A DNA stretch of 64,000 nucleotides from Candidatus Forterrea multitransposorum CG_2015-17_Forterrea_25_41 (GCA_009392915.1 CP045477.1:288001-352000), one strand, 5' to 3'; shown: positions 20,079 through 30,564, numbered from the stretch's first letter. The notes: a model not told the origin generated them from the letters alone. Numbers and translations: made by a program.

Positions 20079-21301
20079 GTTGGTATGATAAACCTTTGAG
20101 CAGGTATTCTTATTTTGTATCTCATAGACCTTATCTTGTAATACTAATTGTTATTATACTTATTATTTTTGCAATGTATTTTTCATCAAAAGTAGAATAT
20201 GTTAATTTTAGTAATTCTGATATGGTTCCTGATAATTATGAAGTTGTAAAAGCATTTAATCTTTTAGAAGATACTTTTGGAAATCCATCAAGTATTTTAA
20301 TTGCAATTGAACTTGATGATTCTTTTCAAGGTTATAATAAAGTAAATGATCTTAGAGATTATAAAGTTATTGAATATATTGATGTAATTTCTCAATATAT
20401 TGAAAACACAGATTATATTTTGGAAGTTTCAAGTATTTCAACAGCTGTAAAAGAAGTTAATAATGGAATAATTCCTAAATCTAATCTAGAAATTAATAAA
20501 CTTATTAGTAATAATTTTATTTTTGAAAATATAATTAGTAAAGATTATTCAATGACATTAATTAGAATTTCTTTAACTGATGATTTCAGTGAAGAAGATA
20601 ATGCTGAAGAAGTTGTTTTTAATCTTGAAAAAATAATTTCATCAATAGATGACCCTAATATAGGTCTTAATGTTAATGTAGCAGGAGAAATTTCAGCAGG
20701 ACCAATTGTTGAAAGAGAAATTGGACCTGATATGCAAAAGACAAGTAGTTATTCTATATATGGAATAATTATTTTATTAATATTTATATTTGTAGTTGGA
20801 GAAGTAATTTCTTCATTTAATAAAAAACAATCAAAAAAAATAAAAATTTTAACAGTTCTTGGTTCAATAAGGTTTGGACTTATTCCTCTTTCAACAATAT
20901 TAATTGGAGTAATTTGGACTTTTGGATATCTTGGACTTGTTAAAATGGGTCTTTCTTCAATTACTTCAGGAGTAATTTCAATGATTATGGGTATTGGAAT
21001 TGATTTTGGTATCCAGACAGTTATGAGATTTAAACAAGAAATAAAAGATAAAACTCCTGAAAAAGCAATGGAAGAAACCATGAAAAATGTTTTTATTCCA
21101 ATGGCAACAACAACTATTGCTGCATTAATTGGTTTTAAAGCAATGTCAATGGGAGAATTAACTTTACTTCAAGATTTAGGGAAAATGATGAGTTATGGAG
21201 TTACTGCTTGTTTTTTTGCAGCAATAACATTTGTTCCAGCAATTTTAGTTGTTTTGGAAAAATGGATTTTATCTTTAAAAGTAAAATTTAAAAAGAAATG
21301 A
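20075..21301 (+). CDS. RND-superfamily/MMPL-like exporter, second half
   Basis: Same architecture as the preceding gene. GIGIDFGIQTVMRFKQE resembles the MMPL GIGxDYxI..R..EE motif. The two genes are translationally coupled. Confidence 0.5.
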   Translation: MSWYDKPLSRYSYFVSHRPYLVILIVIILIIFAMYFSSKVEYVNFSNSDMVPDNYEVVKAFNLLEDTFGNPSSILIAIELDDSFQGYNKVNDLRDYKVIEYIDVISQYIENTDYILEVSSISTAVKEVNNGIIPKSNLEINKLISNNFIFENIISKDYSMTLIRISLTDDFSEEDNAEEVVFNLEKIISSIDDPNIGLNVNVAGEISAGPIVEREIGPDMQKTSSYSIYGIIILLIFIFVVGEVISSFNKKQSKKIKILTVLGSIRFGLIPLSTILIGVIWTFGYLGLVKMGLSSITSGVISMIMGIGIDFGIQTVMRFKQEIKDKTPEKAMEETMKNVFIPMATTTIAALIGFKAMSMGELTLLQDLGKMMSYGVTACFFAAITFVPAILVVLEKWILSLKVKFKKK

Positions 21302-21332
21302 AATATTTTTAAAAAAAAAGGTGTGATTAAAT

Positions 21333-22583
21333 ATGAATAAAAAATATATGCTTATAGTTTTGGTTTTATTAACAATGATTTTAATAAAGCCAATTTATGC
21401 AAATGATTTAGATGTAGTTAAATTATCTGCAAATTTGCAAAATCAAGATCCAGATCCTGCAGTTCCTGGAGAATACTTAGAACTAAGATTTAATGTTTAT
21501 AAAACAGGTAATAATTCTGCAGAAAATATTCAATTTTACTTAGATGTTGAACATCCTTTATCATTTGATTTATCAGATACTCCTGATAGAAATATTTCTT
21601 TATGGAAAGGTCAATCAGGAGATGATTGGTATTATACTCTTTACTATAAAGTTTTAGTTGATTCTTTAGCTTTAGAAGGAGATTATGAAATTTCATTAAG
21701 ATATAAATATAATGATATAGATGTATGGAATATTGAAAAATTTAATATTAGAGTTGATAATAAAGAAGTCCCTAATTTTGTTTTTGGAAATTTATTAACA
21801 ACTCCTAGAAAACTTTTAAGTGGTCAAGAAGAAGCAAAAATAGATATTGATTTATTAAATATTGGAAAAGGGGATGCAGAAAATGTAATTCTAGAAGTAA
21901 ATCTTCCAGAAGGGTTTAATCCTACATATGCATATTCAGATAGAATTAATTTAGGGAATATTGATGCTTCTCAAAATAAAACTGGATCAATATATCTTGA
22001 TATTGATGATGAAATCAAATCAGGAATATATCAAGCTAAAGTTAAGGTAAAATATATTGAAGAAAGCGATTCTAAAAAAGAATTAAAAGAAAAAGAAATG
22101 ATTTTAGAAATTCCTGTTAAAGCAAAACCATATCTTAAAGTTACAAGTCAAGAAGTTTTAAATGAAACAAAAACTATATTTCCTGGACAAACTATTGACA
22201 TTAAGATAAATGTTAAAAACTTTGGAGATAAAGATGCAGAATCAGTTTCTTTAAGAGTTTTAAAAGATTCTTCTCATCCTTTTGATTTAGTTGAAAAATC
22301 TGATTTTATAGGTAATTTAGAATCTTTGCAAGAAGGTGAGGCTGTAATATCTATAGAAGTTGATCCTAATGCAAATTTAAAAGAATATAAATTAAATGTA
22401 GAAATTAGATCTATATCTGAAAATACAGTATTTATTGATGATGATTCAATTATTTTAAAAGTTGTTTCTGAAGATAAAAATAAAAATAATTTATTGATTC
22501 CTATTTTAGTAGTCTTATTTTTATTAGCTGGTTTGATTTATTATATATCAATTAAGAAAAAAAATAAAAAAGGAAAAAAATAA
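21333..22583 (+). CDS. secreted cell-surface protein with three CARDB/Ig-like repeats and a C-terminal TM anchor + basic tail
   Basis: N-terminal signal peptide. Three ~100-aa repeats share the pattern L..N.G.GDAENV.LEV. C-terminal LIPILVVLFLLAGLIYYISIKKKNKKGKK. Confidence 0.55.
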   Translation: MNKKYMLIVLVLLTMILIKPIYANDLDVVKLSANLQNQDPDPAVPGEYLELRFNVYKTGNNSAENIQFYLDVEHPLSFDLSDTPDRNISLWKGQSGDDWYYTLYYKVLVDSLALEGDYEISLRYKYNDIDVWNIEKFNIRVDNKEVPNFVFGNLLTTPRKLLSGQEEAKIDIDLLNIGKGDAENVILEVNLPEGFNPTYAYSDRINLGNIDASQNKTGSIYLDIDDEIKSGIYQAKVKVKYIEESDSKKELKEKEMILEIPVKAKPYLKVTSQEVLNETKTIFPGQTIDIKINVKNFGDKDAESVSLRVLKDSSHPFDLVEKSDFIGNLESLQEGEAVISIEVDPNANLKEYKLNVEIRSISENTVFIDDDSIILKVVSEDKNKNNLLIPILVVLFLLAGLIYYISIKKKNKKGKK

Positions 22584-22593
22584 GTGATATTAT

Positions 22594-22920
22594 ATGTTTT
22601 CACATCAATTAAAAATAACTAAGAGTAGATTATATTTTGCTCTTACTTTTATTTTTGTTCTTCTTTTAATTGGTACTTTATTATTTAGTAATATAGAAGA
22701 ATGGTCTTTTGTAGATTCTTTTTATTTCTCTACAGCAACTTTAACAACTGTTGGGTATGGAGATTTAGTTCCTACTCATAATTTAAGTAAGATATTAACT
22801 TCAATATATACTCTTTTAGGTGTAGGTACATTCTTGTATTCTATAGGTATAGTTGCAGAATTTTATTTCTATAAGAGATTTACAATACTAAATAAAAAAA
22901 TAGAAAAAAGAAAGAAGTAG
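22594..22920 (+). CDS. minimal two-TM potassium channel pore subunit
   Basis: Canonical selectivity filter TTVGYGD lies between two hydrophobic helices. Only 108 aa, with no sensor or RCK domain. Confidence 0.75.
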   Translation: MFSHQLKITKSRLYFALTFIFVLLLIGTLLFSNIEEWSFVDSFYFSTATLTTVGYGDLVPTHNLSKILTSIYTLLGVGTFLYSIGIVAEFYFYKRFTILNKKIEKRKK

Positions 22921-22923
22921 AAT

Positions 22924-23613
22924 TTACTTCTTTTTAACTTCTTTTCTTTTTGTAATATAGGTTTCCATAAGTTTACTTGAATAATTCTTTACAGATCCAC
23001 TTAAACCTATACCAATTGCAATTGCGAAAGCTAAAACTACTCCACCTAATATTATTAGAAGTATAGCTTCAATAAATTGTATTTGTACACCTATTTGTCT
23101 TAAAGCAATATTTAAAATTAATATTATGATGATTGCTTGAACAATTTCTGATATTATTTTTGAAAATTTGTGATCTTTTGAAACATGTATACTTCTTGCA
23201 ACAATTTCTGAAAGAACAAGTCCTACAATTGTTAATATTATTGCAAATATTAAATGTGGTATCCACATTGCAAATTTTGTTAATAAATCAGTTAAAACAT
23301 TTATTTTTATTAAACTTGCAGCTGGAGCTAAGAATACTATGAATATACCCCATAAAATTAATTGTTTAATAATTTTTGAAAGTTTAATATGTAATAATAC
23401 GTTTGAAAAATCATTTTTTTTTACCCAATTATCAATTTTCCATTTAGTGATAATTTTGTAAACTATGTGAGCAACTAAAAGACCTATTAGATAACCTATA
23501 ATTATTACAACCAATGCTCCAATAATTCCAGGAATATTTTGAACAATAGATTGCCAAATTGCTTCTAATGGGTTTAATGTAGCTTGCCCAACTTCAACTA
23601 GTGTGCTAACCAT
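22924..23613 (-). CDS. integral membrane protein (repeated TM-helix, MscS-N-terminal-like)
   Basis: Five or six hydrophobic segments. GGAGG Shine-Dalgarno upstream. C-terminal KRKEVKKK. Confidence 0.45.
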   Translation of the reverse strand: MVSTLVEVGQATLNPLEAIWQSIVQNIPGIIGALVVIIIGYLIGLLVAHIVYKIITKWKIDNWVKKNDFSNVLLHIKLSKIIKQLILWGIFIVFLAPAASLIKINVLTDLLTKFAMWIPHLIFAIILTIVGLVLSEIVARSIHVSKDHKFSKIISEIVQAIIIILILNIALRQIGVQIQFIEAILLIILGGVVLAFAIAIGIGLSGSVKNYSSKLMETYITKRKEVKKK

Positions 23614-23731
23614 TTTTTAAAACCTCCTTGTAAGTTTAAAAATAATACATATATATTTAAAGAATATGTTTAAAAATACATTTATTTACTATATTTTTTA
23701 AATATTAACATTATTTTTATTTTGATTAGCT

Positions 23732-24727
23732 ATGAAAAAAGAAAATAAAACAATTATTTCTATTAAAGGTTTAAAAAAAACATTTAAAACAAAAGTTACA
23801 AAACCTGGCATGAGTGGTATTTTTAGAAATATATTTTCTCCAGATTATAAATATATAAAAGCTGTTGATAATATTTCTTTAGATATTAAAAAAGGAGAGC
23901 TTGTTTCTTTTATTGGTCCAAATGGTGCTGGTAAATCAACTACTTTAAAGATGCTTTCAGGTATTCTTTTTCCTGATTCTGGAAAAATAAAGATTCTAGG
24001 TAAAGATCCTTCAAAAAAAAGAAAAGAACTTTCTTATGATATTGGAACTATTTTTGGACAGAAACCACAGTTATGGTTTCATCTTCCACCAATAGATAGT
24101 TTTAATTTATTTGCAAAAATTTACGATATTGATCAAACAATCTATAAAGAAAGACTTGATAATTTAATAAATCTTTTTGAAATATCTGATATTATTAATC
24201 AACCTGTAAGAAAATTATCTCTAGGTCAAAGAATGAGGTGTGAGTTTGTTTTAGCTTTACTTCATAATCCAAAAATATTATTTCTAGATGAACCAACTAT
24301 AGGTATGGATATTATTGTTAAAAAAACAATGAGAGAATTGATTAAAAAGATTAATGAAAAGGAAAAAACAACAATTATTTTAACAAGTCATGATATAGGA
24401 GATATTGAAAATATATCAACAAGGCTTGTTATCATTAATCATGGTGAGATTGTTTATGATGGGGATTTTAAAAATATTAAACAAAAATATCTTTCAAAAA
24501 AGTTATTAAAGATTACAACTGAAGATAAGATTGATGAAAAAGATTTTAAAGATTTAACTGTTATAAAAAAATCAAAGTACTATATTGAGTTTGAAATTGA
24601 AACACATAAATTTCCTTTAAAGAAAGTAATTGATTTTTTGTTTACTAAATATAAGATAACAGATATTGGCATAAATGAAATGCCTATTGAAGATGTTATT
24701 GAAGAGATTTATAGAGATCAAAGATGA
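23732..24727 (+). CDS. ABC transporter ATP-binding protein (COG4586-like, with C-terminal extension)
   Basis: Walker A GPNGAGKST, signature LSLGQRMR, Walker B LFLDEPT and an H-loop. Confidence 0.85.
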   Translation: MKKENKTIISIKGLKKTFKTKVTKPGMSGIFRNIFSPDYKYIKAVDNISLDIKKGELVSFIGPNGAGKSTTLKMLSGILFPDSGKIKILGKDPSKKRKELSYDIGTIFGQKPQLWFHLPPIDSFNLFAKIYDIDQTIYKERLDNLINLFEISDIINQPVRKLSLGQRMRCEFVLALLHNPKILFLDEPTIGMDIIVKKTMRELIKKINEKEKTTIILTSHDIGDIENISTRLVIINHGEIVYDGDFKNIKQKYLSKKLLKITTEDKIDEKDFKDLTVIKKSKYYIEFEIETHKFPLKKVIDFLFTKYKITDIGINEMPIEDVIEEIYRDQR

Positions 24728-25524
24728 GCTCACAGTTAAATAAATATTTGTCTATTTCTTTTATTAATATAAAAGAAAGTTTGACATATATCTGGGACAT
24801 AATATTTGGAAAAGTTATATTTATAGCTTTAATTATTTTTGTTTTTGCAAACCTTTGGACAGTTGTTTTTGCATCAAAAGGAGAAGTTATACCTGGTTTT
24901 ACTCTTGCAATGATGGTCTGGTATTTAGTTTTTGGTGAAGCCATAATTACTTCTATTGGAAGATTTGTAAAAGAGGTTGGAGATGATATTAAGAGCGGAG
25001 AGATTGCAAATTATTTAACAAAGCCATACAACTATATAGTTTACAAAATGTTTGTCTCTTTTGGAAAAGGTTTAATTAATTTTACTTTAATACTTATCTT
25101 TGGTGGACTTGTTGCTTATCTTATGGTTGGTGGTGTTGAAATATCTTTAATCTCAATACCTTTTCTATTAATTGTAGCTTTACTTGCAATGCTGCTTAAT
25201 TTAGTAATTGCATCTGTTATAAGTCTTTTTGCTTTCTGGATAGAGGATGCAAGTTCTCTAAATTATATTTATTCAAAGTTTACTTTTATTTTTGGTGGAA
25301 TGATTGTTCCTTTAGAGGTATATCCTCCTTTAGTTGAAAAAATAGCATCATTCTTACCTTTTAGTTATTCTGCATACCATCCTTCAAAATTAGCTTTAAT
25401 TTTTAGTTTTGAATCTTTTTTTAAAGTTTTTCTTGTTCAAATAGCATGGATAAGTTTTTTTATAATAATTTTAATTTTCTTTTATAAATATATAATTAAA
25501 AAAGTGAGTGTTAATGGCGGTTAG
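24724..25524 (+). CDS. ABC-2 family permease
   Basis: Six hydrophobic segments. Translationally coupled (ATGA) to the ATPase gene. Confidence 0.6.
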   Translation: MSSQLNKYLSISFINIKESLTYIWDIIFGKVIFIALIIFVFANLWTVVFASKGEVIPGFTLAMMVWYLVFGEAIITSIGRFVKEVGDDIKSGEIANYLTKPYNYIVYKMFVSFGKGLINFTLILIFGGLVAYLMVGGVEISLISIPFLLIVALLAMLLNLVIASVISLFAFWIEDASSLNYIYSKFTFIFGGMIVPLEVYPPLVEKIASFLPFSYSAYHPSKLALIFSFESFFKVFLVQIAWISFFIIILIFFYKYIIKKVSVNGG

Positions 25525-26308
25525 AGAAATTATTTCAAATTTTAAATTATTTATAGAGTATCAAAAGATTTTCTTAAAGTCAGCCATAGAATACAGGGCT
25601 AATTTTTTACTGTCCACTTTTTTCATGTTTTTAAATGATGTTATTTGGTTATTTTTTTGGTATCTTTTATATTATAAATTAGGAGATATTAATGGATGGG
25701 TCTTTCAAGATTTAATATACATTTATGTTTTTGCAACAATTTCTTTTGGTATTGCAGGTTATTTCTTTGGAAATCATAAAGAAATTGCAGAGCTTGTTGT
25801 TAAAGGAAAATTAGATTTTTATTTAACACTTCCAAAGAAAGATTTAACACATATACTAATATCTAAGAATAGTTGGTTTGATTTAGGAGATCTTTTATTT
25901 GGAATTTTATTACTTATATTTATGGTTTCAGTTACAAAGGTTCCTTTAATATTATTAATGATAATTCCTGGTGTATTAATATTAATTGGTTTTGGTATAC
26001 TTGTAGGTAGTTTATCTTTTTATCTTCAGTCATCAGAGAGCTTTGGTTCAACTCTTTATGAATCACTTATATCTATATCTCTTTACCCTGGTTCAATCTT
26101 TACAGGAGCTACAAAGTTTATAACATTATTTATTCTTCCAGCAGGTTTTATAACAGCTGTTCCTGTTCAGTTACTACATTCTTTTGATTTAACTTGGTTT
26201 ATTTTACTTTTCTTATTCTCAATAGCTTTATTTTTACTTGCTATCTATGTTTTTTATAAGGGATTAAAGAGATATGAGAGTGGAAATCTTCTTTATGTAA
26301 GAATGTAA
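25514..26308 (+). CDS. ABC-2 family permease (second subunit)
   Basis: Multi-TM protein overlapping the previous gene. The track start GTG at 25508 was moved to ATG at 25514. Confidence 0.6.
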   Translation: MAVREIISNFKLFIEYQKIFLKSAIEYRANFLLSTFFMFLNDVIWLFFWYLLYYKLGDINGWVFQDLIYIYVFATISFGIAGYFFGNHKEIAELVVKGKLDFYLTLPKKDLTHILISKNSWFDLGDLLFGILLLIFMVSVTKVPLILLMIIPGVLILIGFGILVGSLSFYLQSSESFGSTLYESLISISLYPGSIFTGATKFITLFILPAGFITAVPVQLLHSFDLTWFILLFLFSIALFLLAIYVFYKGLKRYESGNLLYVRM

Positions 26309-26410
26309 TTTAACTTTTTTAATAATTTTTTAACCTGTGAGATATATCTAACATATTTAAAAACATTTTGGTGTTATATATATCTAACAAGTACAATTGG
26401 AGGAAAAATT

Positions 26411-26809
26411 ATGATAAATAAAAATTATTCAAAAAAATTTAAAATTTCTTTAATATTTGGTGTTATTATTTTATTATTAGGTATTCTTTTAACTGCTTTA
26501 AATGTATTAACTGAAAGTTTTTCAAGTGTTTTAATATCTGTAGGTTTAGTTTTAATAATAGTTAGTTATGTTAGAATGATTAAATATAAAGATGGTCCTG
26601 CAAAAGATGAACTTACAAGGAAAATTGCAGATAGGGCGGCAGCATATAGTTGGTTTTATACTTTAATTGTTCTTTTTATTATTTTTTGGATAGATTATTT
26701 TAAATTAATAGTTTTAACAGTAGAGGGTGTTATTAGTATATTATATATTGTAATGATCTTTACAATGATATTCTATCAACAATGGTTCTGGAAAAAAGGT
26801 GATGTATAG
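26411..26809 (+). CDS. small membrane protein (DUF2178-like partner of XRE regulators)
   Basis: Three or four TM segments. GGAGG Shine-Dalgarno. Its stop is immediately followed by the XRE gene. Confidence 0.45.
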   Translation: MINKNYSKKFKISLIFGVIILLLGILLTALNVLTESFSSVLISVGLVLIIVSYVRMIKYKDGPAKDELTRKIADRAAAYSWFYTLIVLFIIFWIDYFKLIVLTVEGVISILYIVMIFTMIFYQQWFWKKGDV

Positions 26810-27019
26810 TTGAAAACAATAATTAAAGCACTAAGACAAAAATATAATTTAACACAAGAAGACCTTGCTTTAAAGGTAGGGGTTAGAAGAGAAACAATTG
26901 TCTTTATTGAGAAAGGATCTTACAATCCTTCTTTAAAACTTGCAAAAAAGATCTCCTTAGTTTTAAAAGAAAAAATAGATAATATCTTTATATTTAGTAA
27001 AGGAGATTTAGATTTTTAA
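26810..27019 (+). CDS. XRE-family (Cro/C1-type) helix-turn-helix transcriptional regulator
   Basis: [29 protein letters not shown] is a textbook HTH_3. TTG start with AAGGTGA 6 nt upstream. Confidence 0.7.
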   Translation: MKTIIKALRQKYNLTQEDLALKVGVRRETIVFIEKGSYNPSLKLAKKISLVLKEKIDNIFIFSKGDLDF

Positions 27020-28033
27020 TATCTTTCTAAAACTTTCTATTTTTTTATCAATATATCCTTTATCATAAAGATATTTATAATTTTTTAAAATATCTTTAAT
27101 TATTTTCTTTCTATCATATAAATTATATTTAGTTTCTTCAAAGATTAAATGTAAATAATATTCAGAACTTGTAACAAGCCAAAAATATACTTGTAAATCT
27201 TTAAAAAAGAAATATTTTTTAGAAACATTTTTTATTTTTTTAAAATTTTTTATATATTCTTTAAGAAATAATTTTTCAAATGTTTTAAATTTATTAGAGT
27301 GAGATAATTTTGCAATATCAAGTATAGGATTACCTACTTTCAAATATTCCCAATCAATAAAATTTATTTTTTTATTATTTTCAATAATATTTTTTGAATT
27401 TAAATCTCCATGTGTTAAATAATTATCTTTATTTATATCATTTGGTTTATTTACTTCAATATTTTTTCTTATTCTTTTATACATTTTTGAAACATCTAAA
27501 CATCTATGACTAATATACGTCTCTTTAATTTTAAATTCTGATATAAGTTTATTATAATTTTGTTTATCAATATTTATTTTTTCTAAAAATGATAATTTTG
27601 TATTATTTGATTTTGCTAATTTTTTAGCAATAATTGAAATATTTTTTTTATTTAAAACTATATTTTTTCCTTTAACGTATGTAATTATTATATATGAATA
27701 AGAACAAAATCTACCTTTTTTTGAAAAATAGATTTTTTTTGTATCTGATAAATTATATTTTTCAACAATTTTTAGTTTATTATACTCTTTTTTTGATTTT
27801 TTATAAGAATCATTATTTAATCCTTTGATATTTATTCTAAAAATATATTCTTTTTTATTTATTTTAAAATAAATGTTTATATTTTTTCTATTAATTTTAA
27901 GAAATTTAATATTTTTCACTTGTATTTTTTCATTAATACCAAATATATCTGAAGATAAATTTTCAATTTCTTTTTTAACATCGACAAGCTTTATTTCCAT
28001 AATTATTTTATAATTAATTAAGTTTTTAAACAT
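27008..28033 (-). CDS. aminoglycoside-phosphotransferase/choline-kinase-like (protein-kinase-fold) phosphotransferase
   Basis: Catalytic-loop [10 protein letters not shown] and DFG-equivalent IDWEY, spaced as in the APH family. Confidence 0.55.
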   Translation of the reverse strand: MFKNLINYKIIMEIKLVDVKKEIENLSSDIFGINEKIQVKNIKFLKINRKNINIYFKINKKEYIFRINIKGLNNDSYKKSKKEYNKLKIVEKYNLSDTKKIYFSKKGRFCSYSYIIITYVKGKNIVLNKKNISIIAKKLAKSNNTKLSFLEKINIDKQNYNKLISEFKIKETYISHRCLDVSKMYKRIRKNIEVNKPNDINKDNYLTHGDLNSKNIIENNKKINFIDWEYLKVGNPILDIAKLSHSNKFKTFEKLFLKEYIKNFKKIKNVSKKYFFFKDLQVYFWLVTSSEYYLHLIFEETKYNLYDRKKIIKDILKNYKYLYDKGYIDKKIESFRKILKI

Positions 28034-28123
28034 AATTATTTAATATTTATATTAAATAATTTATTTAAAATAAGAAAAGAGTTTATATAAGTATCTATCT
28101 TATATATTAATTATTAAAATACA

Positions 28124-29521
28124 ATGAAGGTCTTTTTAATGAATGAAATTGAATTTGATTATGAAAATAAAGAATTTAATGAAATAATTTATAAAATAAT
28201 GTTACATACTATAGAAATATCTGATTTTGATAATTATTTTACTAAAGGTCTTACAAATGAAGATAAAGAAAAAGTATTGACTGAAATAAAAAATTTAGAT
28301 TTTAGTATTATAGCAATTAATGAAGTTATTGTAGAAACTAAAAACTTTTTTAAAAAATATTTAGAATCAGATTTTACAGAATATTTAATTGATTATTTGA
28401 TAGGTTATAAAGAATTAGCACCGATCATGAAAAGTGATGATTATGAAGAAATAATGGTTAATGATTATAATAAAGTATTTGTAATTTCAAGAAAAAATAT
28501 ATATTATAAAACAAATATCGTTTTTGATAGAAGAAGTTTTAATGTTTTTTTAGAATATATTAAAAAAACAATTAATGGTGACTTTAATAAAAGAAAATTT
28601 ATTGATGGTGTACTACCTGATAACTCAAGAATAAATATTGTTTCTAAAGAGATTGCAAGATTTAATGTTATAACTATTAGAAAATTTTTAAGTAAACCAT
28701 TAACAATAGTTGATTTAATTAATAATAATACTTTTAATTATGAAGTTGCAGCTTATTTATGGACTGTAATTGAAGGATTTAATTTAAAACCAGCAAATCT
28801 TTTTATTTGTGGTGGAACAAGTACAGGTAAGACAACTCTTTTAAATATTTTACTTAACTTTGTACATCCAAAAGAAAGAGTTATTTGTGTTGAAGATACT
28901 AAAGAAATAAATACAACTATCTTTGATAATTCTGTAAGTCTTATTAGTGATATTTCTGATCCAGATAGTCTTTATAATATTACTTTAAACATATTAAGAA
29001 TGAGACCAGATAGAATAGTTATTGGTGAAACTAGAGGTAAAGAAGCTAAAGCTTTATTTATGGCAATGGATACAGGGCACCAAGGTTGTATATCTACAAT
29101 TCATGCAAATAATAGTGGAGATTTAATTAATAAATTATTATCTGAACCAATGAATATAGAAGAAAGTTACATTAAATTATTAGACATAATAATTACTTTT
29201 GATAAAAAATATATTGGTAATAAAATGTATAGATATGTTTCTCAAATTTCAGAAATTAGTAGACTTGGAAATATTACATTAAATCACATTTATTCCAATG
29301 ATAATATGGAATTTAGTTCTTCAGTTAATTTTATGAGTTCTCAATTTTTAGAAAAATTATGTAATTATATAAGTATTTCAAAAATAGAACTTCAAATTGT
29401 AATTGATAATAGAATTAAAATACTTAAAAGTATGGTTGATAGAAATATTAAAGATTCTGAAGAAATTAGAAATTTACTTATTGATCCAAGATTTGGTTAT
29501 AAAGAATTATTAAATAAATAA
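28124..29521 (+). CDS. secretion-superfamily ATPase (FlaI/TadA/VirB11-like) with long N-terminal domain
   Basis: Walker A GGTSTGKTT, Asp box VEDTKE, Walker B RMRPDRIVIGETRG and His box HQGCISTIHANN. Confidence 0.8.
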   Translation: MKVFLMNEIEFDYENKEFNEIIYKIMLHTIEISDFDNYFTKGLTNEDKEKVLTEIKNLDFSIIAINEVIVETKNFFKKYLESDFTEYLIDYLIGYKELAPIMKSDDYEEIMVNDYNKVFVISRKNIYYKTNIVFDRRSFNVFLEYIKKTINGDFNKRKFIDGVLPDNSRINIVSKEIARFNVITIRKFLSKPLTIVDLINNNTFNYEVAAYLWTVIEGFNLKPANLFICGGTSTGKTTLLNILLNFVHPKERVICVEDTKEINTTIFDNSVSLISDISDPDSLYNITLNILRMRPDRIVIGETRGKEAKALFMAMDTGHQGCISTIHANNSGDLINKLLSEPMNIEESYIKLLDIIITFDKKYIGNKMYRYVSQISEISRLGNITLNHIYSNDNMEFSSSVNFMSSQFLEKLCNYISISKIELQIVIDNRIKILKSMVDRNIKDSEEIRNLLIDPRFGYKELLNK

Positions 29522-29559
29522 AAAAGAAAGGTTTATAAATAAATTGAATAACAATATAA

Positions 29560-29850
29560 ATGATTATTATGGATATTACAATGATTTATGCTTTATTTAT
29601 AATAGCTTATGCAGTTTTAATATTTTTAGGTTCTACATATCTTGAAGAATCTAATTTATTAAGAAATAAAGGTAAAAGAAAGAAAGTTGATCAAGCAAAG
29701 AAATGGTTTAGTTTTTTTATATTTAGTTTCTTATATGCTGTATTAATATATGCAAGTTTTTATGTGCATTATTTAATAGTAATTTCTCTTCTTTTATATG
29801 CTACCTTATTATTTTTCATAGCGTATTCTATTAGAAGACACTTAAAATAA
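29560..29850 (+). CDS. small membrane protein
   Basis: 96 aa with two or three TM helices, directly downstream of the ATPase. Confidence 0.4.
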   Translation: MIIMDITMIYALFIIAYAVLIFLGSTYLEESNLLRNKGKRKKVDQAKKWFSFFIFSFLYAVLIYASFYVHYLIVISLLLYATLLFFIAYSIRRHLK

Positions 29851-29870
29851 ATGTTTTATTTTTAGGACAT

Positions 29871-30455
29871 TTATTTTATAATTTTTCTTTTTTTTGTATA
29901 ACTATATTTATTATTTTTTTTAATTATTTCAAATAAGTATATAAAATTATTATTAAAACTAGAAATATCTTTATTATATTCTTTATTAGTAATGTATGAT
30001 ATTATTGCTCTTCCTATACCATTGTGACAAGTAATTAATATTGTTTTTTCTTTATAATTTTTATATAAATAGTCTATAAAATTTTTAGCTCTTTTTAAAA
30101 ATTTTTTATTTTTTTCTCCTTCTTTATTTTCATATATAACAAAATAATAACTTTTTAGTGACCAATTAAATTCTTTTTTAGTTTTTCCTGTAAGTTCTCC
30201 TAAATCTTTTTCTCTTAATTTTTCTGTGTAAATTAAAGGTTTAGATTTATGATATTTGTATATTTCTTTAATAGTGTCTTTGGCTCTTTTAAGATCACTT
30301 GAAAAGAAAAAGTCTATTTTTTCATTTTTTAAAGTAATTGCTATTTTTTTTGCTTGTTCTATACCTTTTTTTGTAAGTTTACCTGGTAGATGTCCTTGCA
30401 TTATACCTTTTGTGTTTTCTATTGTTTCTCCATGTCTTGTTATTATTAGTTTCAT
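29871..30455 (-). CDS. histidine phosphatase family protein (phosphoglycerate-mutase-like)
   Basis: N-terminal LIITRHGET catalytic RHG motif and downstream ITCHNGIGRAIISY. Confidence 0.7.
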   Translation of the reverse strand: MKLIITRHGETIENTKGIMQGHLPGKLTKKGIEQAKKIAITLKNEKIDFFFSSDLKRAKDTIKEIYKYHKSKPLIYTEKLREKDLGELTGKTKKEFNWSLKSYYFVIYENKEGEKNKKFLKRAKNFIDYLYKNYKEKTILITCHNGIGRAIISYITNKEYNKDISSFNNNFIYLFEIIKKNNKYSYTKKRKIIK

Positions 30456-30564
30456 ATATTTTTCACATTTTTAAATATTTATAATGTAGACTATATTAAA
30501 AATAGTCTTTTTAATTAGTATAATTTTTTTGTAGTAATTTCTTTTTCTTAAGTATACTATAATT

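Noticed and set aside
20749-21081. 110-aa minus-strand ORF inside RND-like gene
   Set aside because: Antisense overlap. Its hydrophobic composition mirrors the sense TM segments.
21490-21696. 68-aa minus-strand ORF inside surface-protein gene
   Set aside because: Antisense overlap.
23069-23342. two overlapping small ORFs (65 aa minus, 69 aa plus) within the 22924-23613 membrane gene
   Set aside because: The longer minus-strand membrane ORF with a GGAGG Shine-Dalgarno explains the region. These are out-of-frame or antisense chance ORFs.
24696-24944. 82-aa minus-strand ORF
   Set aside because: Antisense across the ABC ATPase/permease junction.
30256-30474. 72-aa plus-strand ORF
   Set aside because: Antisense to the His-phosphatase gene, which has the RHG motif.
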